Virus record (IMG/VR): IMGVR_UViG_3300009512_000015
Coordinates: 1 to 59,937 of that record
Length of the DNA: 59,937 bases
Origin: a virus
Lineage: Duplodnaviria; Caudoviricetes
Reading direction: 5' to 3' (one strand)
Under the pieces are notes generated by a model that saw only the letters and a program-made list of their open reading frames with translations, did no database searches and was not told where the DNA came from. Within the stretch, counting starts at the first letter, position 1. Each line of letters begins with the position of its first letter. Of the stretch, positions 47,742 to 57,605 are shown in pieces. A program made the translations under genes and the position numbers.

Positions 47742-49301
47742 TCAGTTATCTAATGACCTGTCAAAGTCATTTAAGTCATCGTTACCTCGACTTATCAGAG
47801 CGTCACTGGCAATTTCTGCCTTGCCGTCTTCATCGTCGTAGTCCGGATCCACGATATCATTGCTTTTGAGTATTTGTAGCCATATGCTTCTAGGCACAAG
47901 CCCGTTTTCATACCACTCAGTAGCAAGTCGCAGCCAGTCCGCTCCAAGAGGAACTGGTGAAAAGTCTTCAGTTAAACTAAATTCGATTTCTCTGACTTCA
48001 CAATCTACGTCATATTTCCAGTTAACCATAAAACAGATTACTTGGGACATGATATTGCTCACACGCTCATTGAGACTACCTAACTGGGCAGTCTGTGCAG
48101 CGTTTCTAATTTCTAAAGCAATTCCAGATTGTGACACTTCGGGTGTAAGCATTCTTACACCAAGTTTAGCCATTTCTTCGATATTAGCAGCAATTGCTTT
48201 TTCCATGTCGCCCAGTGCATCTGTAGGAGTGGCGAGTATGTCAGCTTTTGCATCTTTTGGTAATTTCCACATACTCCCTAAACCTGATTCAACAATTGCA
48301 TCAAAATCATCAGAGTTCATATCAGAAGTAATATAAGGCGTGTATGTCGCGGCACCATATAGAAGATGGTTGCGACGTGTAACTTTGTTATATAAAGCTT
48401 TTTCTTTAGCAACTAAAGAAGACATCATAGGTTCAGCAGGTTCAACGTCACCATTAGCAGGCCAAGCAGGAATAAAAGTAAGTCTTTCTCCGTTTTTATA
48501 AAAATTATCTAGTGTTTCAACAACTTCATACCCTGATTCTAGTTCCATAAAAAGTCTTATTTGATACAGACCATTAACAATTTCGTGAACCCATATTGCT
48601 GGAATTTCTTCGTCATGAAACTCGTTATCAGGGTCTGCTTTATTTACAATACCCTGTACTAAAACTCTTTGCAACTCTTCCTCACCTAGTGTGTTGTTTC
48701 CGATTTTCCAGTTTATAACATTTTCGGCTGTCCAAAGCACAGGATATGGCGATATTTTTTGTCTATCAGTTAAAGACAGCTTAGAATCTTCTGGTATAAA
48801 CGGGTGATCTACATAAAGCCAAGAGCGCGATGTCTGCATTTCTTCCCATAACATTTTATCAAGAAAAGAAGTAAGTGAATTACCTTCTCTGCTAAAATTA
48901 TTCATTATCCAGTTATAAGCTTCTTCAGGCACTTTTTCAGGCAATCTTAAGACAGGCTTTTTTCTTAACAAGCCGCTAACTAACATTTTTGCAAAAATGT
49001 TACATATTCCAGGCAACTCAGCTTCTTCAATTAAAAAAGAATATTGCTCGAAAGTCATTTTAGATGAAAAAGGTATAAGTATTCTACCCTCTCCACCAAC
49101 CAAATCAAGATCGTGTTCTTTAACTTTTCGCTCGCCGCCTAGAATAGCCCTGTTTTCAGACCAAGTTGTTTCAAGTGCAATATAGCGGTCAACAGGGTCT
49201 TCAACACCCCTGTTACCTGCATTTTGCATATGTCCAAGCTTTGAACTACGTTTAAGATGGCTTGTGCTTGTACGAACCACCTTTTTCTCAGGGAGTCTCA
49301 T
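47742..49301 (-). CDS. Portal protein (DUF4055-type)
   Basis: 519 aa upstream of MuF and scaffold; AENVINW, LTFIP, MAKLGVRML, SQSGIALEI. Confidence 0.85.
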   Translation of the reverse strand: MRLPEKKVVRTSTSHLKRSSKLGHMQNAGNRGVEDPVDRYIALETTWSENRAILGGERKVKEHDLDLVGGEGRILIPFSSKMTFEQYSFLIEEAELPGICNIFAKMLVSGLLRKKPVLRLPEKVPEEAYNWIMNNFSREGNSLTSFLDKMLWEEMQTSRSWLYVDHPFIPEDSKLSLTDRQKISPYPVLWTAENVINWKIGNNTLGEEELQRVLVQGIVNKADPDNEFHDEEIPAIWVHEIVNGLYQIRLFMELESGYEVVETLDNFYKNGERLTFIPAWPANGDVEPAEPMMSSLVAKEKALYNKVTRRNHLLYGAATYTPYITSDMNSDDFDAIVESGLGSMWKLPKDAKADILATPTDALGDMEKAIAANIEEMAKLGVRMLTPEVSQSGIALEIRNAAQTAQLGSLNERVSNIMSQVICFMVNWKYDVDCEVREIEFSLTEDFSPVPLGADWLRLATEWYENGLVPRSIWLQILKSNDIVDPDYDDEDGKAEIASDALISRGNDDLNDFDRSLDN

Positions 49302-49302
49302 A

Positions 49303-49635
49303 TTACTTGCTACTCAGTTTGCCATTAAATACACTAGTTTTACCGACAAAAAGTTTAGCAGTGTCGAGATGTCTAGCAAGAACTCGGTCATTTCCGAGAT
49401 TTTCTAAAGACCAGCGGCAAGGAACAGACTCGCTTCCTACAAACGGCTCACAATCTTGATCTTTATATTCAACAATACCAGGAACATATTCTTTATTTAA
49501 AACCGCTCCATTATCTGAAATATTTTTAGGGCTTGCAAGGGGTTCTTTTACTGGCGCAACAGCTTCAATTGTTTTCTTAGCTATTACTGGACTTACAGTG
49601 CTTGCTGGCTGTGTTGTGCTTTTTTCTTCAGACAT
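49303..49635 (-). CDS. hypothetical protein
   Basis: AAGGAG RBS. Confidence 0.7.
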   Translation of the reverse strand: MSEEKSTTQPASTVSPVIAKKTIEAVAPVKEPLASPKNISDNGAVLNKEYVPGIVEYKDQDCEPFVGSESVPCRWSLENLGNDRVLARHLDTAKLFVGKTSVFNGKLSSK

Positions 49636-49669
49636 TTAAGTCTCCTTGTTTTTAAACTGTTAACATACA

Positions 49670-50368
49670 TTAAGAACGCTCTTCAAATGATTCTGCTAAA
49701 CCTCGCAGGCGACTTGCAACCATTCTACATTTTGTTTGAGTATTAGCATCTAATCTGGCATCGCTATGTGTTGCAAAAGAACAGTAAGTAATAGCTTTGC
49801 TGTCTGTACCAACAAGCTCATACGTAGAAAGATGTACCCAAAGCGCTGCAGTAATACCTTCTACATTGTATACTGATTTTATTTCAGAATTATCTATATT
49901 GCTTGTATCTATGTAGATTTGCTGTGTTTTCATCAACTCTCTCAACTTAATAATATAATCATCATCAAGTTCAAAATGTATATAAGAAACAGGTTCTTGT
50001 GCAGAGTCTCTTATTTGATAAACAGCAGTAGTCCATCGAGGCTCTAAGTGGCCATTCCATGCTCGTAGTATCATAAAACGATCAAGGCAAGTTGACGACA
50101 TTAAGTCTACAATTGCTTTGCTTATTTCATCCCATTCTTCTACAAAATCAGGAAATTTTAACGCTGCTCTTTGAAAACGCATTTCTTGTTCTGCTTGAGC
50201 TGTTTTTCGTTTCTCTACTTTAACCCTAAGATAGCCTAAGAGTGAAGTAGAAAGTACGCTAACCATCCCAAAAACACCTATAATTATTTCTCCCCAATCA
50301 AGTGGCACTTTTAATCCCCTTGTATCTTTTAAATTGCGCTTGCTGTAATTGTCCAAACAAATGTCCAA
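49670..50368 (-). CDS. membrane-anchored hypothetical protein (possible GAF-like fold)
   Basis: N-terminal TM helix, coiled coil, then an alpha/beta domain; true start probably the GTG near 50308. Confidence 0.55.
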   Translation of the reverse strand: MDICLDNYSKRNLKDTRGLKVPLDWGEIIIGVFGMVSVLSTSLLGYLRVKVEKRKTAQAEQEMRFQRAALKFPDFVEEWDEISKAIVDLMSSTCLDRFMILRAWNGHLEPRWTTAVYQIRDSAQEPVSYIHFELDDDYIIKLRELMKTQQIYIDTSNIDNSEIKSVYNVEGITAALWVHLSTYELVGTDSKAITYCSFATHSDARLDANTQTKCRMVASRLRGLAESFEERS

Positions 50369-52533
50369 TCTTCACCAACTTCTCCGGCATTGGACAAGAA
50401 CGGAAGACCATACAAAAAGCCAATTAACGAATCCGCAGTTAATACCGTATCAGCTAAATTACTGAATGTAATTTTATTAGCAGCTCCAAACGACGGGTCA
50501 TTTACAGCAGTTGAGCCGCGAGTGTCATAAAGTTCGTACATAACTCTTTGTTCTGTTATATACGTGAGTCGGTTTGCTGATGTACATTTGCCAACACATC
50601 TAGCAATAATTTCATAAGGGATGCCAACTTGACTAGCAGTATTAGCGTTTGGAGAGTAGAAAGTATCAAACCCATATTGAACTGTATTAGGTGTGTTGAC
50701 TACCAAACTAACTGTTGCTTGATGTCTGCTGTTTGCTGTTGAAGCGCTAAGTCCACCAGAAGCATCAATTAACACTGGAGAAGTGTATGTTGCTGGCTTA
50801 ATACTTGTAAGCGAGAGAGCACCGTTCCAATTTAAGTTAGTTGTGTTTTCAGTATAAACTAAAGCATTTTGAGAAGTTTGCTTAGCGGCCCCTGTTCCAA
50901 AAGATATTCTTGAAGTACCATCATCAGGACAGCGTATGTGTATCCCAGAATCTCTGTTACCTTGGCCTATTATAACTTGTGTTTTTACTGGGCCAATGTC
51001 AACGCCTTCATTATATTCTGCGCCAGCAAGAAAAACCATCTGTTTCTTATCAGTTGAAACTGGATTACCTATTTCAAGTGAAGCTTCAGAGCCAACACCT
51101 ATTTTTAAAGTTTCAGTTTCGGGCGTAGTAGTATCCTGTGCCGCAAATATTGACAAATTCTTTGAGGTGTTAATCAGTACTAAAGATGAAGCATCAATTG
51201 TATCTATTACAAAATCAGCCACTTTTGAAGTATGTGATTCAAACCGCATATAAGCATTATTTGCAACAGTTACGCGACCAGTTATTGCTGCAACCGTTGC
51301 AACAACAAGCGCTGTTGTGCCAATATGAACACTCGGGCTTGTCGTTGAAAACTTTGTAGAATTGTCAGTATAAGGCGATTGTACAAGTAAACGATTTTTA
51401 ACAGAATAATATAGCGAATCAGCTGCAGCCGTTTGGCTTTTTGCATATATATCAGAGCCAATTTGAGATGCAAGGTTTGTTGTTAAAAGATATTGTGGGT
51501 GTGGGTCTCCTGTACTGAGTCCTTGTAAACCCGCATGATCTACAATAATTCCGTTTTTAGTACCATTGCCAGGGCCCTTAATTGCTATCTTAGCAGCTCT
51601 AAAACCTATATCAACTAACTCCATAGGGCCAAAGTGCCCATAAACATCAAGAGCAGGCAGCCCACTAGTAGATACAATGTGAGTATAATCATCAGATTGG
51701 TGAAGAATATATTCGGTGTTCTTTGAGAACCGATAGGACATGTTAGTCACGACAAGGGACGCATCTATTCTTTGCTGAGCGTATTGATGAAGAATGACTT
51801 GTGATTTATTTTTTTCAAGAAAAAGCCCTTCATAACGCTTTCGCATGACGTCAAAACTATCAGCATATCCTTGCGCCGTAACTTCATTAATTTCTGTTTC
51901 GCCATAAACGGATGCTGAACCAGGTACCGAATTTGACTCACCTTGAATCCAAAGGAAAACATCAACTTTTGATACTATTCCTGATAAATGAGAGCTAGCA
52001 AAAGCAGCGCTAACAGCGTTTCTTAAATAGATATCAGCAGTCGCATTCTCAGCCCAGTAAGAAATAGGTCGGCCATTAGCGGAAACTTCAATAAGATAAA
52101 CTTTTCGACCAGTAAGCTCATTTAGCTTTCTTGCACAAGCAATACCAATAGACCCTACACCGCCTTCACGATAACCTACATAAACCGATGAGTCAGCTTG
52201 TTGGCTCGGCCAGTCACCTTTTGCAGGAGTAGTAGAGTCTTGAGATCTAAACATGAAATTTGCATTAGATCCGTCAGAACACCAATTATATACATCAGGG
52301 TTTGGAAACCAACGATCAGCAATAGGTGCCGTGCCATTTATCGGGCTAAAGACATCGAGCGGCCATACGGCAACGCAGTTGCTTTGCCCCGTAGCAACTA
52401 TAACGATTGGCTCATCCTCTGCTTTATAAGGAAAGGCTAAATGCCCCATTTGTTTTAATTCTTTAAAATTACCGTCAACTTGTTCTGTTGTGAGCGGATT
52501 TGAAGTATCCGCCCTGTATATTATATTTGCCAT
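50329..52533 (-). CDS. Fibre/appendage protein with SGNH O-acetylesterase (SASA/CE6) domain
   Basis: N-terminal R...PLT..QVDGNF anchor; ATGQSN (catalytic Ser), WIQGESN, D-x-x-x-H (DVYGHF); beta-rich C-terminus. Confidence 0.75.
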   Translation of the reverse strand: MANIIYRADTSNPLTTEQVDGNFKELKQMGHLAFPYKAEDEPIVIVATGQSNCVAVWPLDVFSPINGTAPIADRWFPNPDVYNWCSDGSNANFMFRSQDSTTPAKGDWPSQQADSSVYVGYREGGVGSIGIACARKLNELTGRKVYLIEVSANGRPISYWAENATADIYLRNAVSAAFASSHLSGIVSKVDVFLWIQGESNSVPGSASVYGETEINEVTAQGYADSFDVMRKRYEGLFLEKNKSQVILHQYAQQRIDASLVVTNMSYRFSKNTEYILHQSDDYTHIVSTSGLPALDVYGHFGPMELVDIGFRAAKIAIKGPGNGTKNGIIVDHAGLQGLSTGDPHPQYLLTTNLASQIGSDIYAKSQTAAADSLYYSVKNRLLVQSPYTDNSTKFSTTSPSVHIGTTALVVATVAAITGRVTVANNAYMRFESHTSKVADFVIDTIDASSLVLINTSKNLSIFAAQDTTTPETETLKIGVGSEASLEIGNPVSTDKKQMVFLAGAEYNEGVDIGPVKTQVIIGQGNRDSGIHIRCPDDGTSRISFGTGAAKQTSQNALVYTENTTNLNWNGALSLTSIKPATYTSPVLIDASGGLSASTANSRHQATVSLVVNTPNTVQYGFDTFYSPNANTASQVGIPYEIIARCVGKCTSANRLTYITEQRVMYELYDTRGSTAVNDPSFGAANKITFSNLADTVLTADSLIGFLYGLPFLSNAGEVGEDWTFVWTITASAI

Positions 52534-52979
52534 TATCCATTTACCTTAAGTGTCCATATTAAAGTTACAGAAGAAGTGACAGTTTTTGTTATAGTTCCTG
52601 TAAGAAGCCGAGATATCATTACACCGCCAGTTTGTAAATTAAACAACCCAGCTTCTTCTATACTTATTGCGGTAGCTGGATTACCAGGGCTAAACAATGC
52701 TGTGTACTGCGCTGTATCGCCATTAATAACTGTACTTGTCACGGCAGCAGCAGCTTGATGCGAAATTAGTGTAGTGTCTGCTAGTGCAGCCGTTTGTGAC
52801 GAAGAGCCAATTCTAATATAGCTTGGTACAAGAGTGTCATTACTTATAAGCCTGTCAGCAATAAGCCCTTTGCCTCCGGTAACAATTAAGTTGTCTTTAA
52901 TAACTTCTTGTTCTAAATTCCCGTCTTTGTCGTGGACTTGAATAGTAACTTGCCCAAAAAGCTGTAGTGTATCTTTCAT
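52533..52979 (-). CDS. virion structural protein (fibre/collar-associated)
   Basis: DNLIVTGGK.LIA.RL...IGS...ADTTL...EAGLFN...MISR pattern typical of phage fibre-attachment proteins. Confidence 0.65.
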   Translation of the reverse strand: MKDTLQLFGQVTIQVHDKDGNLEQEVIKDNLIVTGGKGLIADRLISNDTLVPSYIRIGSSSQTAALADTTLISHQAAAAVTSTVINGDTAQYTALFSPGNPATAISIEEAGLFNLQTGGVMISRLLTGTITKTVTSSVTLIWTLKVNG

Positions 52980-52991
52980 GCAGGAGTACTC

Positions 52992-53525
52992 CTAAAAAGT
53001 GTTTAATTGATCCATGTAGCCTGCCTCAGCATAGCCAAGTTCAGCAAACCAAAATGTATAAAGTTTACCAGCGTCAGTGATTGTAACAAGCTCGGTAGGT
53101 ATGCTTTCGATTATTTCGAAATCAATATTATCTATAATTGCTGGCGTGTCAGCTATACGAACCGGTCTATATTCAGAAGCACCACTAAACAATGAATCTG
53201 ACATGTTTAAATTTTCATCAAGAGCTACTGATATAGAATAATTTAAACTGTCGGTTAATTCAATAGATTCGTTGTTAGCAACAGTCAACAAGGTTGTAAA
53301 GTCTTCAGATAATGAAGCTGTCTCATTAGGTGAAAAAGATTCGAAAAAGACTATTTCATTGTTAATTATTTCTGTAATTGCAAGTGCGTCGTATACATAT
53401 AAAGTATAACCTGCAGCCATGTATGTTGGGCTTGTAACAACATTTAATGCTTCTATTTTTGTAACAATCTTTACAGACTCAGGATTTTTTATTTGTGCTA
53501 CATACGGAATTATTTTATTTTCCAC
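52992..53525 (-). CDS. hypothetical acidic virion protein
   Basis: GAGAGG RBS with GTG start; repeated E-x-h-x-h-(S/T)-D units. Confidence 0.6.
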   Translation of the reverse strand: MENKIIPYVAQIKNPESVKIVTKIEALNVVTSPTYMAAGYTLYVYDALAITEIINNEIVFFESFSPNETASLSEDFTTLLTVANNESIELTDSLNYSISVALDENLNMSDSLFSGASEYRPVRIADTPAIIDNIDFEIIESIPTELVTITDAGKLYTFWFAELGYAEAGYMDQLNTF

Positions 53526-53536
53526 AGAAACCTCTC

Positions 53537-53890
53537 TTAGTTAGATAACCAAGGCATTCCAACAGAAACAGAATTTCGTTTTAAAAACTTAGCTTCAAGA
53601 GCCTTCTCAATTTTTTCTTGACTGACATCAGACTCGTAAACAACACCAGTCTCAGGATCAGTTTTACTAGCCCAGCACCAATTTAAAACTTGAGATTCTG
53701 TCAAGTCTTGATACGGAATATATGAATCTAATGAAGTATCTGGAGTGAAACTAACACAACCGAATAAGCTTTCTGTTATACCATTTTCAAATGCTACACA
53801 TTCCCAATAGGCCACAATAACACCTCCCGCAGCATCAGCGGGGGCTGTGTTGTATGTTAATGATGTTATTTTCCAATCAAATGTAGCCAT
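53537..53890 (-). CDS. tail-fibre-associated small protein
   Basis: Directly after the fibre; WKITSL...YIPYQDLTESQVLNWC...GMPW. Confidence 0.65.
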   Translation of the reverse strand: MATFDWKITSLTYNTAPADAAGGVIVAYWECVAFENGITESLFGCVSFTPDTSLDSYIPYQDLTESQVLNWCWASKTDPETGVVYESDVSQEKIEKALEAKFLKRNSVSVGMPWLSN

Positions 53891-53891
53891 A

Positions 53892-56800
53892 TTATTTATT
53901 CTCCAAAGCTTCTATCCTGCCAATTAATGACTGTATTAACGCTTGTTGTTCTTGATTCTTTTCTTCTTGTTCTTGATTTGCCTTAACAAGCACAGTAATT
54001 ATAGACTCATAGCGCATTGAAAGAATGCCTTCTGAATCGGCGTCAACTGCAAGTGGCAACACTTTCTGAACATCTTGTGCTAATAAACCAATATGCGGTT
54101 TACGATTTTCTAGCGGTTCATTATTGTAAGTGAAATAGACAGTTCTAAGCTCACTAAGCATTTCTGTTGCATTTTCTACATTACTAGAGATATCTTTACG
54201 TCGTTCGTCACTTGTTATACTAAACGTACTTTGACCCCATGACAGAGTAGCTGAGTTACCAACTGTCGCTCCTTCTGCAGTAAAGAAACTTAAGCTAGGG
54301 TTAGTACCACCGTTGCTCCTTATCAGCCAGTCTTGATCTGAAGAAGCTGGAACACTATCGTTATTATTAAATCTAAGAGAGCCTCCGATGGCCGAGCCTG
54401 TTTGTTGTGCGAGGTTAAGCTCACCGGTAGCCGTTACCCAGTTTGATTGAAGAACGAGCTTTCCATACATTAAAGGATCATCGCTTTCTATGGTTAAAAC
54501 CCCAGCTGCGGTATTTTGAAAAATCCAATTATTAGCACGATCTCCTGAAGACAGTTTAAACGTAGCCCCAGCCCCATCTTGTGCGTGCTGCATTATACGA
54601 ACATTTCCAGTAAATTGGCTCTCTGTATTGTTCATATTTAAGCTAGTTGTTGTAGTTGCACTTCCATTAAGTCGAAGGCCATCGCCATCGAGACGTAAAC
54701 GCTCAACTTTAGCAAAAGGATTTCCTACACCAAAAAGAACAGTGTTTACCAGATTGTTTTCAGCCAGATGACAACCGATTACTACATTTCCTCTTCCACT
54801 GACTATCGCCGCTCCAGCACTATCTCCTATTCCAATATTATAAGAATACGACTGCCAGAGATTTTGATTTTCGCTTGCTGCGTTCATCGCGGCGGTGACG
54901 TTGGCGCCAAGATATCCAAGAGACAGCCTTCCAATCGAAGTATTATGAGTACCTATTTGGTTAAATGGTATTGTTAAGTAACCCATTGCAATATTATTAA
55001 AACCGGTAGTGAGAGATTGACCTGCGTCTCGCCCTATTATCGTGTTGTCTGTTCCTGATATATCAGCAAAGGGTGTGGCAGAAGCTCCATCTCCAATTAG
55101 AGTGTTGCCAGCTATATTGTTCGGCCCTCGCGCAATAAGTCGACTACCATTAATCTTAAAGTCTATACCGTCATTAAGCACTATACCTGCGTTATCAACT
55201 TTTATACGCGGTATACTACCGCTCGCAATTAGCAAGGTTTGATTTAACGTTTCTGTGCCAGCTAAATTACCAATAATCGTGTTATTAGCACCAGATGTTA
55301 TTGCAGAACCGGCATTATTACCTATACCTAAATTGCTGCTAGCTGTGCTATTCTGTAAGGCGTTTGAACCAAATGCGGTATTCATTGTACCTGTAAGATT
55401 TGAACCTAGCGCAGAGCTTCCTATTGCAGTATTGGTAGTTAAGCCACTGTCATTAAGTAGTGGCATTATTACAGCCGCTGTAACCTGAGTGCCAACATAT
55501 GTTTCTGTGGCATACGTTGCTAAGCTATGATCGCCCCAGCCATAAGTAGTATCTACTTTAATACCATCAGCCTCTACATCACGCCCGTCGACTAATCCTG
55601 GGTTTAGTATATTGCGAGAAGCATCAACTAAAATCGCGTCACCAAGCCATATTGCGTCAGGGAGTCGTTCAACCTCAATAGACTGTATTACTGTTTCACC
55701 ACTACCTTGATAGTTAGTGATAATCAATAAATCAAAGTACTTACCTTCTGGGTCAAACTTTTGTCTGTCGCCCGTGCCGGGTCCTGGGTCGGTAGAAGTG
55801 TTGTAACCACTGAAAGTATCTTCAAACGTGTAAGTTGTGCCAGCAGTTAAAGTTTGACCGCTCGCGATACCGTAGTTGTACGTATTTGCAAGGTCACTGG
55901 AGAGGTTAGTCTTGTCTTCGTTTAGCGTCTTAACTGCCGCATAAAATATTCCAGTACCTGTAGTAGTGGTGATCTGCTTGACCCTAACCTTTATCCTGTA
56001 GTGCGCTGTAGGGTCAATTGGAACCTGACACCTTATAGCTGACGATATATTCTGCGCGCCGTTGAACGACATACCTTGGTGATCTTGGCTGTAAGTCATA
56101 GTGCCGCTACTTGTGGAAACCAAGCTGCCCCAGTCGTTGTTTCCAAGGTAGTAGTGGCCGCTGGTGTTAAAATCAGCAGTTGGGGTGGCCCAAGTGAATG
56201 TACCATCACCGTCAGAGCGTAGGTACTGGCTTGATGTACCATTGCCCGTTACGTCCAAGTGCTGGGCCTTAATGCTGTTGTCAGCATAGTCATCATTACG
56301 CAAACTAAACGTGCCGACACTATCAGTAGCAGTCCAGCCATCAGCATTCTTAAAGTCGATGCTTCCTAGAGAGCTTGCTATGTGGATGTGACCAGCAGTG
56401 GTGTCATTTAGTGCAGCTCCAGAGGAGTTGATGATGATACCGGTAGCGCCTTGGTTGGTGTTGCCCGCTGCGTTTCCTACAGCGATAGAGTTTGTGCCTT
56501 GCGTAGTTTGGCCTGCTAATCTACCAATAGCTACGGCTGCTACGCCCTGCGTATCGTTACCAGCTGTGTTACCAATAGCTACGCCGTTGTTGCCCTGCGT
56601 AATATTACCTGCTGAGTTACCTACAGCTACAGAGTTAGCGCCCTGTGTACTCTGACCTGCTTTGTAGCCTAAAGATACAGCCTTAACACCCTGCGCACTC
56701 ATACCCGCTACGTATCCAATAGCAACAGAGCTTTCGCCCTGCATATTGTTACCAGCTAAGTATCCTACAGCAACAGCATTAGAGCCTTGCGTAGCGGCTC

Positions 56801-57605
56801 CAGCATTGACGCCAGCTCGGAAGCTGTTAGCGCCTGCGCCTGTGCTTTGTAGGCCAGCAGTTAAATCAAGCGAACCGCCACTAATATTCAAAGTTCCAGT
56901 AATGCTGACATCACCGCCATCTGTAATAATCAAAGCAGGACTGTAAATCCAGCCTGTACTGCCACTATATCTAAGTACAGAACCTACAGTTGTTGTAGGC
57001 TCAAGAACAGTATCAGGAGTTACAAGCATTGTTGGACTAAATAAGATTTTTACTAAACCTCTTACTGGCTTCCAAGTTCTTCTGTAAGTGTTGTTATTTG
57101 GCTCTGTTACGCGAAGCTCTATAAAACCATATACAGGAAACCCAATAGCAGGGCCAGGAGCCCAGCCAAAACCTAAATTAGAAGGAAAAGACAAGTAAAC
57201 AGTTGTAGGATCATGCTCTAACCATAAAGGGTTTAATGCCGGATTTATATCGTTAATATAGTTAGTTCCAACATTGAGTTTATATGATTTGTTCTCGAAG
57301 CTAACAACATCTTCTAGCGTATAAGCTGTTGTATTTAACCAAGCGCCTCTGTTGTTCGGGATTCGAACATTAAGCGTTGTTTGATATCCGTCAGTTTTGT
57401 ATGTAGAGGGTATAGTACCCGCCCCGTCATTAACACCTTCTAGTATAACATATTCATATTCAAAACCGTCATCAGGGTCAGAAAATTCAAAAATGTCTAG
57501 AGTTACTGGGAGCTCTAATTGCTCTCCTTGGACTATGTCCATTATAATTGTTTCGCTTAGCGGTGTTACATCGATATTACCTGTTGTTAGACCAGATCTT
57601 GCCAT
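53892..57605 (-). CDS. Tail fibre with YadA-head-like repeats and C-terminal intramolecular chaperone (peptidase S74)
   Basis: About nine 14-aa QG..(A/S)VAhG..AG repeats; NTAIG/NTIIG beta-roll repeats; TSDERRKDI...IGLLAQDVQKV plus terminal coiled coil. Confidence 0.85.
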   Translation of the reverse strand: MARSGLTTGNIDVTPLSETIIMDIVQGEQLELPVTLDIFEFSDPDDGFEYEYVILEGVNDGAGTIPSTYKTDGYQTTLNVRIPNNRGAWLNTTAYTLEDVVSFENKSYKLNVGTNYINDINPALNPLWLEHDPTTVYLSFPSNLGFGWAPGPAIGFPVYGFIELRVTEPNNNTYRRTWKPVRGLVKILFSPTMLVTPDTVLEPTTTVGSVLRYSGSTGWIYSPALIITDGGDVSITGTLNISGGSLDLTAGLQSTGAGANSFRAGVNAGAATQGSNAVAVGYLAGNNMQGESSVAIGYVAGMSAQGVKAVSLGYKAGQSTQGANSVAVGNSAGNITQGNNGVAIGNTAGNDTQGVAAVAIGRLAGQTTQGTNSIAVGNAAGNTNQGATGIIINSSGAALNDTTAGHIHIASSLGSIDFKNADGWTATDSVGTFSLRNDDYADNSIKAQHLDVTGNGTSSQYLRSDGDGTFTWATPTADFNTSGHYYLGNNDWGSLVSTSSGTMTYSQDHQGMSFNGAQNISSAIRCQVPIDPTAHYRIKVRVKQITTTTGTGIFYAAVKTLNEDKTNLSSDLANTYNYGIASGQTLTAGTTYTFEDTFSGYNTSTDPGPGTGDRQKFDPEGKYFDLLIITNYQGSGETVIQSIEVERLPDAIWLGDAILVDASRNILNPGLVDGRDVEADGIKVDTTYGWGDHSLATYATETYVGTQVTAAVIMPLLNDSGLTTNTAIGSSALGSNLTGTMNTAFGSNALQNSTASSNLGIGNNAGSAITSGANNTIIGNLAGTETLNQTLLIASGSIPRIKVDNAGIVLNDGIDFKINGSRLIARGPNNIAGNTLIGDGASATPFADISGTDNTIIGRDAGQSLTTGFNNIAMGYLTIPFNQIGTHNTSIGRLSLGYLGANVTAAMNAASENQNLWQSYSYNIGIGDSAGAAIVSGRGNVVIGCHLAENNLVNTVLFGVGNPFAKVERLRLDGDGLRLNGSATTTTSLNMNNTESQFTGNVRIMQHAQDGAGATFKLSSGDRANNWIFQNTAAGVLTIESDDPLMYGKLVLQSNWVTATGELNLAQQTGSAIGGSLRFNNNDSVPASSDQDWLIRSNGGTNPSLSFFTAEGATVGNSATLSWGQSTFSITSDERRKDISSNVENATEMLSELRTVYFTYNNEPLENRKPHIGLLAQDVQKVLPLAVDADSEGILSMRYESIITVLVKANQEQEEKNQEQQALIQSLIGRIEALENK

